A stretch of DNA of 64,000 nt from Octopus sinensis (lineage: Eukaryota). The DNA lies in contig NC_042999.1 of assembly GCF_006345805.1 (NCBI RefSeq), positions 77,004,001 through 77,068,000 of the forward strand, read 5' to 3'. Positions within the stretch are counted from its first letter, which is position 1. Each line of letters opens with the position of its first letter. The translations under genes were made by a program, and so were the position numbers. The notes under the pieces were generated by a model, which was not told where the DNA came from, ran no database searches, and saw nothing but the letters and a program-made list of their open reading frames with translations. Positions 33,335 to 44,786 of the stretch are shown here, piece by piece.

Positions 33335-35430
33335 TAAACCTCTTCCTCCAGGACCATTGTGAAACTAATAACATTATTACAGCATAACAAGCAGCTGGGA
33401 AGAAGGAAGTTTGGGGATGTGCCGAGCAATTGTTAATCAACAAAACTCGCGAAAGCATAGGAGGAATCTAGTTTCAATGTGGCTAGACTACAAGAAAGCC
33501 TTTGACTCCCTTCCCCACTTATGGATGCTAGAAGCCCTTCAACTTGCTAAAGTTCCAGTAAAAATAGTCAAAGCTATATCTGACCTGACTTCATCGTGGG
33601 CTACCATGTTGAAATTAAACACAAAGAGTGACTGTATTATCACCGATACAATACAGTATTGCAAAGGCATATTCCAAGGAGACAGCCTCTCTGTGATGTT
33701 GTTTATACTTTCTCTAAACCCCTTGTCGTTCATGTTAAGGAAGTCTGAAGGATATCTCACTGGTTCACAAGGAAACAGAAATACCAAAATTACACACTGT
33801 TACTTTGTAGATGCCTTAAAACTTTATGCAAAGAATATGCATGAGATGAAAAAGAGCCTTGATCTAGTTACAACATTCTCAAAGGATGTAGGGTTGGAGT
33901 TTGGTCAGGGTAAATGTTATATGGTTGTGAAAAAGGGGAATACTATAAACCAGACTATTAACATCTCCATCAATAATTTGACTGCTTCCCCTGCATCTGA
34001 CAAGGAATGTTACAGGTGTCTAGGGGTGGATGAAAATATATCTTACAATGGCACCCGTAACGAAACACGTGTCACTAAGAATATTATAACCAAATAAAGA
34101 AAATTTGGACCACAGAACACTCTGAATTCAATAAAACAGTAGCTCACAATGTGTTTGGGCTGCTTGATTGGACACTTGATGAGATCCGAGCCATTGATGT
34201 GAAAACCCGAAAAATACTAACAAGCACACATAATTTCCACATAAACAGTGACGTAGACCACCCCTACCTAAAACGAAAGCAAGGCGGCAAAGGCTTAACA
34301 TCGATCAAAAATGCCTTTGAATGTCGCAGCATATCCCTTCGGCAACATCTTTTAACCACCGAGTGTCGAAGTGCATCCCTTGACCAAGTTTGCATACATG
34401 AGGCTGATAATATCATAAGACTTGGAAGGCAGCTCCTTGAGCAACACTCTTCGTCTGATAATCTAGAATACATGCCCAAAGAAGTCGTACGACTCTATCA
34501 CAACGTGACATCAGATGAAAGGATGAACCTATATGAGCAGAAGACTATGCATGGATATGTTTGTAGAAAGCTCCGTGATGATAGTAACATCGATCATCAA
34601 AGCAATTTATCATGGACCAATAGCCGGATTACTACCTTCCACTTTGAAGGGTATGTGTTTGCAATCCAGAAACTGGAAATATCAACCAAGTACCTGATGC
34701 ACAAAAGGGATAGAGATGCAGGAAAAGCAGTAAAATGTGACAACTGATGCAGTGGATTTCACACTGAAGATATCACCCACATCATAAGCAATTATCCGAA
34801 AATATCATCACGGTGACAACCGATGAGACATGATAGGACACTCTATAATGAAATATGTCGGAAGGATAATCCCGAGGACAAGAAATAAGAACCCACGATA
34901 TGGTAGAAACCATAGCCACTCATAATAAAAAGGAATACTGGTGGAATGTACCAGTGAAAACCTCAATAAAATGTAAGCACAACAGAGCTAATATAATGAT
35001 TTGGGATAAAGAGAAACTGTGCACAGTTGTGGAAATTAACTGCCCAACGGATGTTAACATAAAGCTGAAGATCAGTGAAAAAGAGAACGCCTATGTTGGA
35101 CTATTGAGATATCTGCAGTAACTCTATCCAGATTACTAGTTCAGGTTTATACCTGTAATAATTGGGGGCTCGGGATATGTAACGCACTGCCTAAATACCA
35201 GTCTTGAGAAATTAGGCTTCTCAAAATCAGAAAGGAGAAAGCTAATTCAAAGACTACAGATCCAGTCCATCACTGGAACTGTAAAATTCTGTAAACCTTT
35301 CCAGAATTTATCATTTGAATATATATGAGCATATCTAAATATGCAACTATATGCATGAGAATACATACATAAAAACATACAAATGTGCACATGCATATAT
35401 GCATACATACAACAAAAGTGTTGAAATCTG
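33335..35430 (+). mobile_element. 5'-truncated R4/Dong-clade non-LTR retrotransposon (RT plus RLE), degenerate
   Basis: QAAGKKEVWG, WLDYKKAFDSLPH, GIFQGDSLS, YFVDALKLY (YxDD broken), EDITHIIS..RHD, KHNRANIMIWD...VEINCP and ITGTVKFCK; several stops and frameshifts. Confidence 0.9.
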
Positions 35431-36029
35431 TCCAATATCTCAACAATTCTCTTATTGAAAGAATGTTTCATCTTTGTTTTTTGTTTTTTTGTTTTTTGTT
35501 ATTGTTTTGTTTTTGTTTTGTTAACTGGAGTAGTCATCCTAGCAGGTAGGTCAGTCCCTTCCAGTGCGCAGCAGTCAGTTACACCTACCCAAAATTATCT
35601 ATTTTATCGATTTACAACAATATGGATAAATATTTTGATCATGAACACAACACACATCAATTCACCATGATGCTAACAGTCACGTATCTTATTATAAACA
35701 ATATAGATAAAGTAATAATTAAAAAAGTATTTTCTGTATATATTTTTCCAAACAATTTTGTTTTGTAAATTATATGATCAGTAGATTTTTGGAATAATTT
35801 TATAATTGTATATATTCGTATAGACTGAATTATTCTAACAGTAACATGACCACTGTATCTCAACTACAAAAAAAAATGTTTAAGTCATTACCAAATTTTA
35901 ACACAGTCGAAGTTTTTCAACATAAAAATGCACTTTTTACATGTTTTCAGATTATTTAATATTTAGAAATGCTTTTTATAAGCTACATCTCGCATTTTTA
36001 ATCTCATCATAACCATTTCCATGTTTTAC

Positions 36030-36038
36030 TTTCCATAG
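36030..36038 (+). promoter_or_regulatory. Candidate 3' splice acceptor upstream of GPCR paralog 1 (TTTCCATAG|)
   Basis: Pyrimidine tract plus YAG. The GPCR frame is open from 36039 and the preceding TAG is in frame. A homologous TTTCCACAG| lies before paralog 2. Confidence 0.55.
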
Positions 36039-36095
36039 ATAATTTTTGAACCTGCAACAAGTTCATTTGTTTCCTTGAACGAAAACAAGTCGACG

Positions 36096-37163
36096 ATGAA
36101 ACAGTCACAGGAAGACATTATAAACCATGTGAACGAAGAGACAACAAGAAAATTCTTACCACTGATTATTATCCTATGCTTCATTATGCTGATGGGTGTA
36201 ATTGGTAACTGCTTAGTCGTCTACATCTTTAAGTACAAACTACCTGGCACACCGTCAAGTTTGCTTGTGGTTTACTTGGGCCTTAATCAGATTGTGGACG
36301 GCCTGATATGTGTGCCAATGGATATTTTTCTTCTTTCTCATTCGTATAATTTCCCAGATGATATTCTTTGTCGTTTTATACAAACTTTCATTTTCTCATC
36401 GTCTACTATGTCAGGATTGATAATAGTTGCAATAGCTGTGGATTGCTTTAAAAAGATTTGTCGGCCATTGAAGCGACAGTTTACAAAACAAGATATCCAT
36501 AGAATTATCGTCTTAATCTTTGTAATATTAATTCTGATTGTGCCCGCACACATGTTCGTAATGGGAGTCAGGGAAGTTCGCACATTCCGTGGAAATGTAA
36601 CAGGTACTAATTGCTCAATTTCCGATAAGAATTCTCCAGCCGTTCCACTCGCTTATTCTGTCTTTCTATTACTTGTGTTTTTGGTGTTAATCATAGTGTT
36701 CATTGTAATCTACACTATGGCCTTTAAGAAACTGAAGACATACAATATAAAAAGGAAATTTTTGTTCGGTAGACTATCAAGAGACAATTCGTCGAAAGAA
36801 GAATTTTCAGAATCGGATAAACAATATTCCGCGTCAGAAACTAGTTCACAAGTTCGATATCGTAAAAACTATTATGATATAACCCGTATCACACTGAATA
36901 TGTTTTGTATAACTCTTTCATGGTGTCTTAGCTTTCTCCCTCATTCTACACTAACTTTCTTAGTTGCAGAAATTATTTTCATAAGACAGTTTATGGCTCC
37001 ATCAGGAAATTCTTTGGTAAACACTAGTTTGAATTCTTATTATGTAAACACTATAACCATTCCAATACTTTACATAATCTTCAACCCACTTTTCAGGGAG
37101 GAAACTGTGAAATTCTTTAAAAAATATGTTTTGTGCAACAGATTTAATAAACCAGAAGAATAA
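36096..37163 (+). CDS. Rhodopsin-class (class A) orphan GPCR, atypical motifs, uninterrupted coding block (paralog 1)
   Basis: Intact ORF: 355 aa from the first ATG at 36096, with the frame open back to 36039. Seven hydrophobic segments, TM1 GN, C3.25 and ECL2 Cys, TM3 AIAVDCF, TM6 CLSFLPH, TM7 IPILY and helix 8 FREE...LC. Resembles molluscan-expanded peptide-receptor-like orphan GPCRs. Confidence 0.9.
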   Translation: MKQSQEDIINHVNEETTRKFLPLIIILCFIMLMGVIGNCLVVYIFKYKLPGTPSSLLVVYLGLNQIVDGLICVPMDIFLLSHSYNFPDDILCRFIQTFIFSSSTMSGLIIVAIAVDCFKKICRPLKRQFTKQDIHRIIVLIFVILILIVPAHMFVMGVREVRTFRGNVTGTNCSISDKNSPAVPLAYSVFLLLVFLVLIIVFIVIYTMAFKKLKTYNIKRKFLFGRLSRDNSSKEEFSESDKQYSASETSSQVRYRKNYYDITRITLNMFCITLSWCLSFLPHSTLTFLVAEIIFIRQFMAPSGNSLVNTSLNSYYVNTITIPILYIIFNPLFREETVKFFKKYVLCNRFNKPEE

Positions 37164-37692
37164 AAATAATGTCTGATTTTTGTTATGTAGCTCTAGATCA
37201 GCCTTCATCGAGTCTACCTGGGGTTAATGGTTGACAGATGGGTGCAATCCACAGATCCATTGTTTCAGATATACCAAACCTCTGTCTAGTTGAGGATCAT
37301 ATTGTGTATTCGTTCATAAAGGGTTTTATCTTATAGGGCGTTATCTAGTTACCCTATACTATCTATTTTTCCAGTATACCTTTAAGTTCTTATACTTTAC
37401 AAAGTTAAAGCAAACAATGTAAACAGGTCGGAGCGAGGTAGTTTATGTTCCTTTGCACTTATTGTTAACAATGTATATACCAGTGTATCTGGACCAATGA
37501 AATGTTTTTCAGTTATGTCTGTGTATATGTGTTAATGCGTTTATGTTTGGTTTAAATGAGTAGGAGGAAGTTAAATTTGGGTGGTATTGTATTAGTACCC
37601 TGAATTTTGTGGATTTATATTGGTATTTGATGATTTCACATTCAGGGACAGGGATAGGATTCAACTGAGTAATATTTAAAATATTTTGAATA

Positions 37693-40600
37693 TTGATTGG
37701 ACTTTCTCGTCACTACGACGAATGGGAGTCCAGCAAGACCCAGCTACACAGTATTCTAAGTTCGAAGTTTTGTTGTATCCTACTATGTGAGAATTCAGAC
37801 TTGTTTAGGATTTGCAGTCGTGATGCCCGTCATTTGGGGTTAGACTTGACCCGGCTCTACACTAGGCTCTTTTCTTCTACCAGGTGTTACTTCTAGCTAC
37901 CTCAAACTCAGAGATGACTAGGTAGCAAGAGTTTCTCTGCTGGGATCTATTCAGTGCTTCCGATTCTTATGTCTTCGTGTTTATCTTGCAGGTTTTTAGG
38001 TAGCTCCTCAGAGTATTCTTATAATGAAGTCGTGGGCGATCTTGATCTCTAGCACTAGAACTAAGCTGGCCAAAGAAAGGAACTTTGGGTAAGCGTCTTC
38101 CAAGCGTACCACATGGCCAACCCACTTCAGTTGCGTTTTGATAAGGAAACTTTCTATTCTCAAAATCCTCTGTGTTTAGGTCTTTGTCCAATTACTTTAT
38201 GTTGCTAAGTGAATGAAGGTGGCGGAGATTGGATGAGTTCAGCCTTTTAACATGGCGCCCATAGAGGGTCTATGTTTCACAGCTATATAGGAGAGCAGTA
38301 AGCACTCCTGGCTTCATCACTTTGATCTTTGTGACCAGGCAGAAGCCATGATCTAGCCTCAATCTGTTCTGGAGTCTACCGAAATATGAGTTTGCCTTAG
38401 ACAATCGCTGGATGGTTTCTTCGTCCAGCTTGACATTGTTTTACAGAATGCTTGCCAGGTAGTGGAATTTCGGCACAGTAATTAAAGGGTATTGTCTCCC
38501 ATAGCAATAGGATCTTGTTTTGGAAGTCCAGATGCTGGCTGATGCAAGACCTCAGTCTTCCTCAGGTTGACATTTTGCCCGAAGAATTTGGCAACATTAG
38601 CAAAACAGTCGAGCAATGTTTGATGTTCTATAGAGAGAGTGTTATCAGAGCACAAGCATCTCCAAATAGAAACTCCCTCGGAAGACGTTCTTTGACTTTG
38701 ATGCTGGCTCTAAGACATTGTAAGTTGAGAATGTTGCCATTGTCCTAAACTGGATATGCACACCTTCGTCAGCATCTCTGAATGTGACTTGAAGCGTGGC
38801 TGAGAAGTAGATTACAATCAAAGCAGGAGCCATTACACAGTCGTGCTTGGTTGCATGCTTTACATGAAATGGACAAGAAATTGAACTACCCACCATCACA
38901 GAAGCTATTATATTATTGTAGAATGACTTTATTACTGTGACAACCTTTTTTCTGCACACAAGCTTGTGCAGGACTTTCCGGAGTGCATCACGGTTTATCA
39001 AATCAAATATTTTTGTTTAATCAACAAGACTGTGTACGTGTCCTAGTTCTGCTCTCTGGCCTTCTCTTGAACCTGTCATAGTGTAAATTCTTCTTCTACC
39101 ATGAAGAAAACCGTGATGCGGGTTACACAGTGTTCACAGCGTGAATAATGATCCTGTTAAGCAAGACTGGCGAGTACTTTCCCGGCAGTGGATAAGTATG
39201 ACATGGCCCGATGGTTGCCGCAACAGTACACGTTGCTTTTTCGCTTGTGTAAATGTACTAAGGAATCATTGTCCCGGAAATGTTTGTAAACCTTGCCTGG
39301 TGTGCTGTCAGAGCCTGCTGACTTCGCGAACAGCTGTTTTATAGCTTTTTGCAATTCTGACGGGGATGGCTCCAAGTCAAGCTGATCCAAAACAGTGTGT
39401 TGTGGGAGGGAATCAATGTTGTCATTCATTACTGTTGACATCAGGTTTAGGACTGTGCTGCAGTGCTCTTCCCAATGAAAGAAATGTTATTATTGTTTTT
39501 AAGTAACTGGGTACCATCTGATATGAGAACTCGTATATTTCTACGGAACTTGGGTGACACAGATTACCTTGAGACCATCATAGTAGGTCTGCATGTCATG
39601 TTTGTCAGCAGCTATCAACAGTTCAGATGACATTTTCACATAAGATGTTCTTAATGCCTCTAAGTTTGGTTTGTAGGGCGTGTTTCGCCTGTTGATGATA
39701 CCTGGTCTTAATTCTTGCTGATGATTTGACTGAGATGTCAAATCCCTGGTATTTTCTCATCAAACTAGTTTTGATTTTTATGCTTGGTTAAACCAAAAAC
39801 CTCATCAATGTCACATTTTAAGTTGCTTTAGACTCACCCAGTATTTTTCATTACACAAAGTGCCATCTAATACGCTGTCCAAAGCTTTGCCCACAATCTA
39901 CCCTAGTTCAGTGCACGTTGCTTGTTCCTTGAGTGCAGATATATTGAGCCTCTTCACAGATGTGGCTGTGTATCTAAGTTGCTTGTTCGTAAGCTTTATG
40001 TATATGACACTCCTAACAAGCCCGTGATTTGACCAGCAATTTGCACTTCTATGTGATCTAGTACTGTAAACATCCTTTTGATCACTCTGCCGTACAATCG
40101 CATAGTCTATTAGATGCCAATATTTTGATCTATGGTGCATCCAGGTTCATTTGTGGTTGTTGGAAGATTATTTTAGTAATTGTTAGTTTGAACTCTCATC
40201 ATTTTATCTGATGGAGTGACAATTAGAGTTCTACTTTACAATTCCTTGCTTCCATAGTACTCTCTTCTATGTACTCACCCTTACCAACTCCTCTAATTAC
40301 TCTACTCAAGTCATCATAGAAGGCTTCTTTGAATGGTTAGGGCATAGGCACTTCTGATAGTAGCATGCTAGTTAATTGTTAATTCCGAGTGCAACATTAT
40401 GAGACAGTCATTGACTTCTTTTGGCAGTGAGATGAGATTGTTAACCGGCTGAACTCGTATGGTAAAACCTTCACCTGCTTGTTCGGGATCCTCTTTGGAA
40501 TTACCAATTCAAAGGAAGATATAACCATCACCGACCTCCTCCAACTGCGCCTCCTCTGTAAATCTTTCTTCACTCCGTACAGCAATGACAATACTGTACC

Positions 40601-41250
40601 AACTCATTTCTGGCTATTGGACCAGTCATGCGCTCTGGTCTGTGTCCCAACGTTCTATGAGCCACAAATCAATCTCCTAGTTTTTGAGTTGTGTCAAAAT
40701 TTACAAGTTTTCCTGGTTCTTCGACTGCATTATTGAGTGACCACACAAGATTTATAGCCTGGCAAGTTCAGGTGCAGCAGGCTTTGTTTATGGTTCCTTT
40801 TCAGTTGACTGTCTCCGGATTGGGGAGAGCAGTGCAGCCATTTAAATAAGCATGCTCTGTCACCTAAGGAGGATACGAAATCCTCATCAGCTCTAGGTGG
40901 AAAACAACTATACCATCACTTTGTGACCTTCTGCGTGCAAGGTCAAAGCTCTAGACTTCCAGTTGCATCCTCTGCCTCTTCGTTGCCACTTTCCCTATCG
41001 CCACTGGGCTTAGGAAGAAAGTATGACGGTATTAGTGCTGGTGTCTTGGTTTGCTGAACTTGCATGATGAGTATATTATAGCTGTCATAGTTTGTGCGGA
41101 GCTAGTCCCACTCTCTCGTCATTCAAGCTTATATTAGTCTGGTGAAACAAGTGCTACGAGTGTAGTAGTAATCAGGATGCGGGGTTTGTATGCTATTACC
41201 TTCTAAAGAACTGGCTTTAAACTGAATTCAATAGTGTGACCCTGGTCCGG
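37693..41250 (-). mobile_element. Near full-length, heavily decayed RTE-clade LINE (5'UTR, AP endonuclease, RT, 3' end)
   Basis: Minus-strand fragments: RPERMT..EL, H.RSKYWHLIDYAIVR...NCWSNH (APE), EPS.SELQKAIKQL, CGNHRAMSYLSTAGKVLA, INRDAL.KVL.KL and RLPKVPFFGQLS...RLHYKNTL. A 3' stem-loop tail lies near 37695-37730. The 5' boundary is approximate. Confidence 0.85.
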
Positions 41251-42298
41251 GAATTCCTGGATTTTGAGGAGTGTGGTACCACTCTCAGCCACTATTTTTC
41301 TCAGTACTCTGAGTCAGAGTAGTAGCACCTGCCAAGATCCCGGCTCAAGGTTAATTACAGTGGTATTGAAATTGCCTCCAGGAGACGGTCATTCACAAAT
41401 TTTGTATATAAGTATGAATTTATGCATGTGTCATAGGTTTGTATCTGTGTTTCGTGTGTATGTATCTGCATTTGCATGTTTGTGTTCATCCGTGTATCTG
41501 TCTATGCATTTCTCACTTTGTAAATATAATGTGAGTGTGTGTGTGTGTGTCTGTGTGTCTGTGTGTGTGCGTGTGTGCATGCGTGTGGTAGCTTTCAGTG
41601 CAACTGGTAATGTCTAATCAAGTACAACCTTGTCATAGGCGAGTAAGACAGCACCTCGTCAGACTAGCTTGGTGAAGAACGTAGCTAGAAACCCAGCAGA
41701 ATAAAAACAAAACTTGGCAAAAGGAAAGATGACTAGCATACGGTCAACGGCTATCTTGCAATAGATATACTAGAGGCGGTGAACAAATATGGTGTAAGAC
41801 TTGACAGAACGTCTGTCTAGAAAGGAAGTTAGATCTCCTTAGCCGTAGAAGGAGTGACCTATTTACCCTACCCTGTTATACTATGGATAAGTCCAGGAAA
41901 ACAAACACTATAAAAGTACATCTCGAAAAAAAAAACTTTAGCGGTCATATTTAGGTGGATTTTATCAGAATGGATTTTTAGTAACCTCTTGCAGCTGGGA
42001 AAAGGTACCAGTCGTCTTGTCTTACCTGGCACTGAGAATTGAAAACAGTAAATAAGTAAATATAAATTTAGCCGTAATCTCCAGCAATATGGATAAAGAA
42101 TTTTTGGTCTAATCCGTAGGCCTTGTCGTTGTGATGTTTTGGCTAGCAGGGTCATCCACTCCTCCGTTGTTTTCTCACTTGTGAATGCACGTTGCTGGCT
42201 GTTGTATTGACATTAGCAGCTGCGATTACCTGGTCGCCTGCGCGGGTACGTACTCTGTTATTGCGGCTTTTAAAGCCGTGCAGTCATAAAAGTATCTA

Positions 42299-42726
42299 CG
42301 GATCTTTTCGGTTTGAACAGCAGTTTTTTCTAGCGGTGTCATAGGAAATTGTCACCCATAATTATGACCGTAGTATCGATCTATTGCATTTCAATCTGTT
42401 TTAGGATTAGGGTTAGTTAGGGTTAGGGGTGGGGGGAGGGTATCTTTTTTTCTTCAGAAATGTAAATAAACCCAAACTGTTTCTTAAACGAGGGACATAT
42501 TCATACGGCACAGAATGTTTTCACCTCATTAGACGTCACTGATTGGTTGAAATTGCAGAAATTGAAGAGAAAAAAAAACAAATATCTTACAAACTATAGA
42601 ATTTTCTCAATAAAGCCAAGAGAAAAAGATGCTTTATAAACACATTCTACCAGTATACGAAGTTTAAAAGTGTTTAGTTACGTGGAAATTATTTTTAAAA
42701 ACTGCCGTTCAAACCAAAAAGATCCG
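42299..42726. mobile_element. MITE (428 bp) with ~30-bp TIRs and an internal telomere-like G-rich tract
   Basis: CGGATCTTTTCGGTTTGAACAGCAGTTTTT...AAAAACTGCCGTTCAAACCAAAAAGATCCG, flanked on both sides by TATCTA (a TA or 6-bp duplication). TTAGGG-type repeats at 42401-42440. Confidence 0.85.
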
Positions 42727-42959
42727 TATCTACACTTGAACAAGAGGACGGTTATCATTGAATTCGCTGGACAAACTTAAGCAAATGTGTATGCGTCTTT
42801 GTATATGTATGTATGTGTGCGTAGGTGCCTGCGTGTGTGTGGTGGGATATGTGCATGTGCGTGTATGCGTGTGTGTGTGTGTGCACGTCCGTATGTGAGT
42901 GGGCATGTGCATGTGTGTGTATATGTATGTGAAAGCGGAAATGTACGACAGTGTATGCC

Positions 42960-42960
<1 letters not shown>

Positions 42961-43050
<90 letters not shown>
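42961..43050. repeat. (GT)n microsatellite
   Basis: Direct inspection. Confidence 0.95.
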
Positions 43051-43053
<3 letters not shown>

Positions 43054-44396
43054 TATAAATTACTTCTCTGAGATATTTATAAACGTGATGTCAGTACAAC
43101 TTGGGAACTAAGGGAGAATACTGGTAAAGGGAGATAACCAAGTGCTTACACAAGGGAAATAATTTCAGTAACTAACTTGCAAAATTATATATACAGTAAG
43201 TATATCGTAACGGATCGAAAATAAATTATATCCCACCACCTTTTTGATGAAGTCATACAACTATACAATTCTGAAGGGTACACAGATAAGCCTTTTCTTC
43301 TCAATGTCAAAAATATTTCATTGCAGAATTATAGTATTCAATAGCGTGTTTTGATACAGAAGCGCAATAAACAGTGGTATTGAAATTACTCAGACAAGTT
43401 TAACATAAACTATCTTAAACAACTCTTAATATAACGAAGAATGGGATGATAAACGAGAAAATAAGATATAGGATTGATTCTGAAATAAACGATTTAAAAA
43501 AAAAACATTTAATACGAATGAAACGATAGATAATAAATAAGCAAATAAATAAAATATCGTTCTTCTATGTATCATTAGGGATTTAGTCTTAACTGCTTGT
43601 CTAGTATTTTAGAACTGTATGACATAGTTTAAAAGAAGGAAATACGACTGCATCTTGGGAACTGTGTCTGTATTGAATTTTGTAGTTGTTACATCTATCA
43701 TCATCCTTATCATCATCACCATCAACAGAGAACATGAATGTCCGGATGGATAGAGTAAGGGACAGCCAACAGATGATATTCTATACTCAACATTACACGC
43801 TATCTGCAGCCAGAATGTTGTACCGTCGACTCCCCCAGATCACTTATCTGTAAACAGCTACTGCAGAACGGAAACAAGTCGCAAGTTCGAGCAGTGACCT
43901 CTTTGTGCATTCGAAAAGTGATTTGTGAGATTGTTGTGCCGAGTTTATTTCCTCCCGTGGGCAAATGTATTATAGACCAGTATTTTATGCAAAGGGATAT
44001 TTATTTATTTCTCATCTACTGAACACTATAAAGGCTGGAAATAAGCAGCAAGAATTGTAAATCATTGTTTTCAAATCCCACCGAGATAAATTTTACCAGA
44101 GTCAATAAAGTATTAGTTAAATGCTGGGGTCCATTTAATCGACTAATCCTCCCTTCTGGAAGTTCAGGCCATTTTTCCTATGTTGTAAACGATTATATGT
44201 TAAATAACTCACAGGAATATGGAGTAATCACATGAAATCTCTCAGGCATGAACTGAATCTACTTTATATATCCAACTGGTCAGCAAAGTATTTTATGACA
44301 CTCCCACTTGCTGCTTTAGATAAAGAAAAACGCAAATAAATCTAAGTAAACTTACAAGAGGGTTTATCACAAAAAATGTCTTGGTTTAAAACTATA

Positions 44397-44786
44397 CTAG
44401 CAGTATCGCCCGGCGTTGCTCGGGTTTGTTTCGACCCTTTAGAATTGGAATTTTTGAAAAGTAAAAATTTTGCATTATGTAGCTTGTTATTTTCTTTAAG
44501 TGAACATTTTTCTGGTTGAAATACACCGAAAAATGGCGACACAGCAGTCAAAAAATCGTAAAAAATAGGGATTTTCATAGAAAAAAAGCACCTTTTTGGT
44601 TTAAATAATTTTTGGTGTTAACATGGTCCGATTTGAATTTTTTTCTTCTACGGAAGGAAGAGCAAGCCTTCTATCATACTCTCAATTTTGGTCAACTTGC
44701 GCCGCAGGGTCTCGGAAGAGATAGTGTTAGTTGAAGGCTACAAAACCTACCATACACAGACAACTTCAGCTTTATATAGAGAGAGA
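44397..44786 (-). mobile_element. Non-autonomous Helitron, 390 bp (family 2, copy B)
   Basis: Minus strand A|TCTCTCTCTATATAAAGCTGAAG...CCCGAGCAACGCCGGGCGATACTG-CTAG|T; near-identical to 14319-14706. Confidence 0.88.

Noticed and set aside
36075-36095. TTG start of the GPCR ORF as given in the ORF track
   Set aside because: A non-ATG start is unlikely in this eukaryote; the first ATG is 36096, or the N-terminus is spliced in at 36039.
40866-40895. Hammerhead ribozyme (minus-strand CTGATGA-GGAT-TTCGT-ATCC)
   Set aside because: Stem II is followed by TCCT rather than the required GAAA, so the core is incomplete.
42401-42440. True telomere or chromosome-fusion scar
   Set aside because: Only a few imperfect units, and they lie inside a TIR-bounded MITE.
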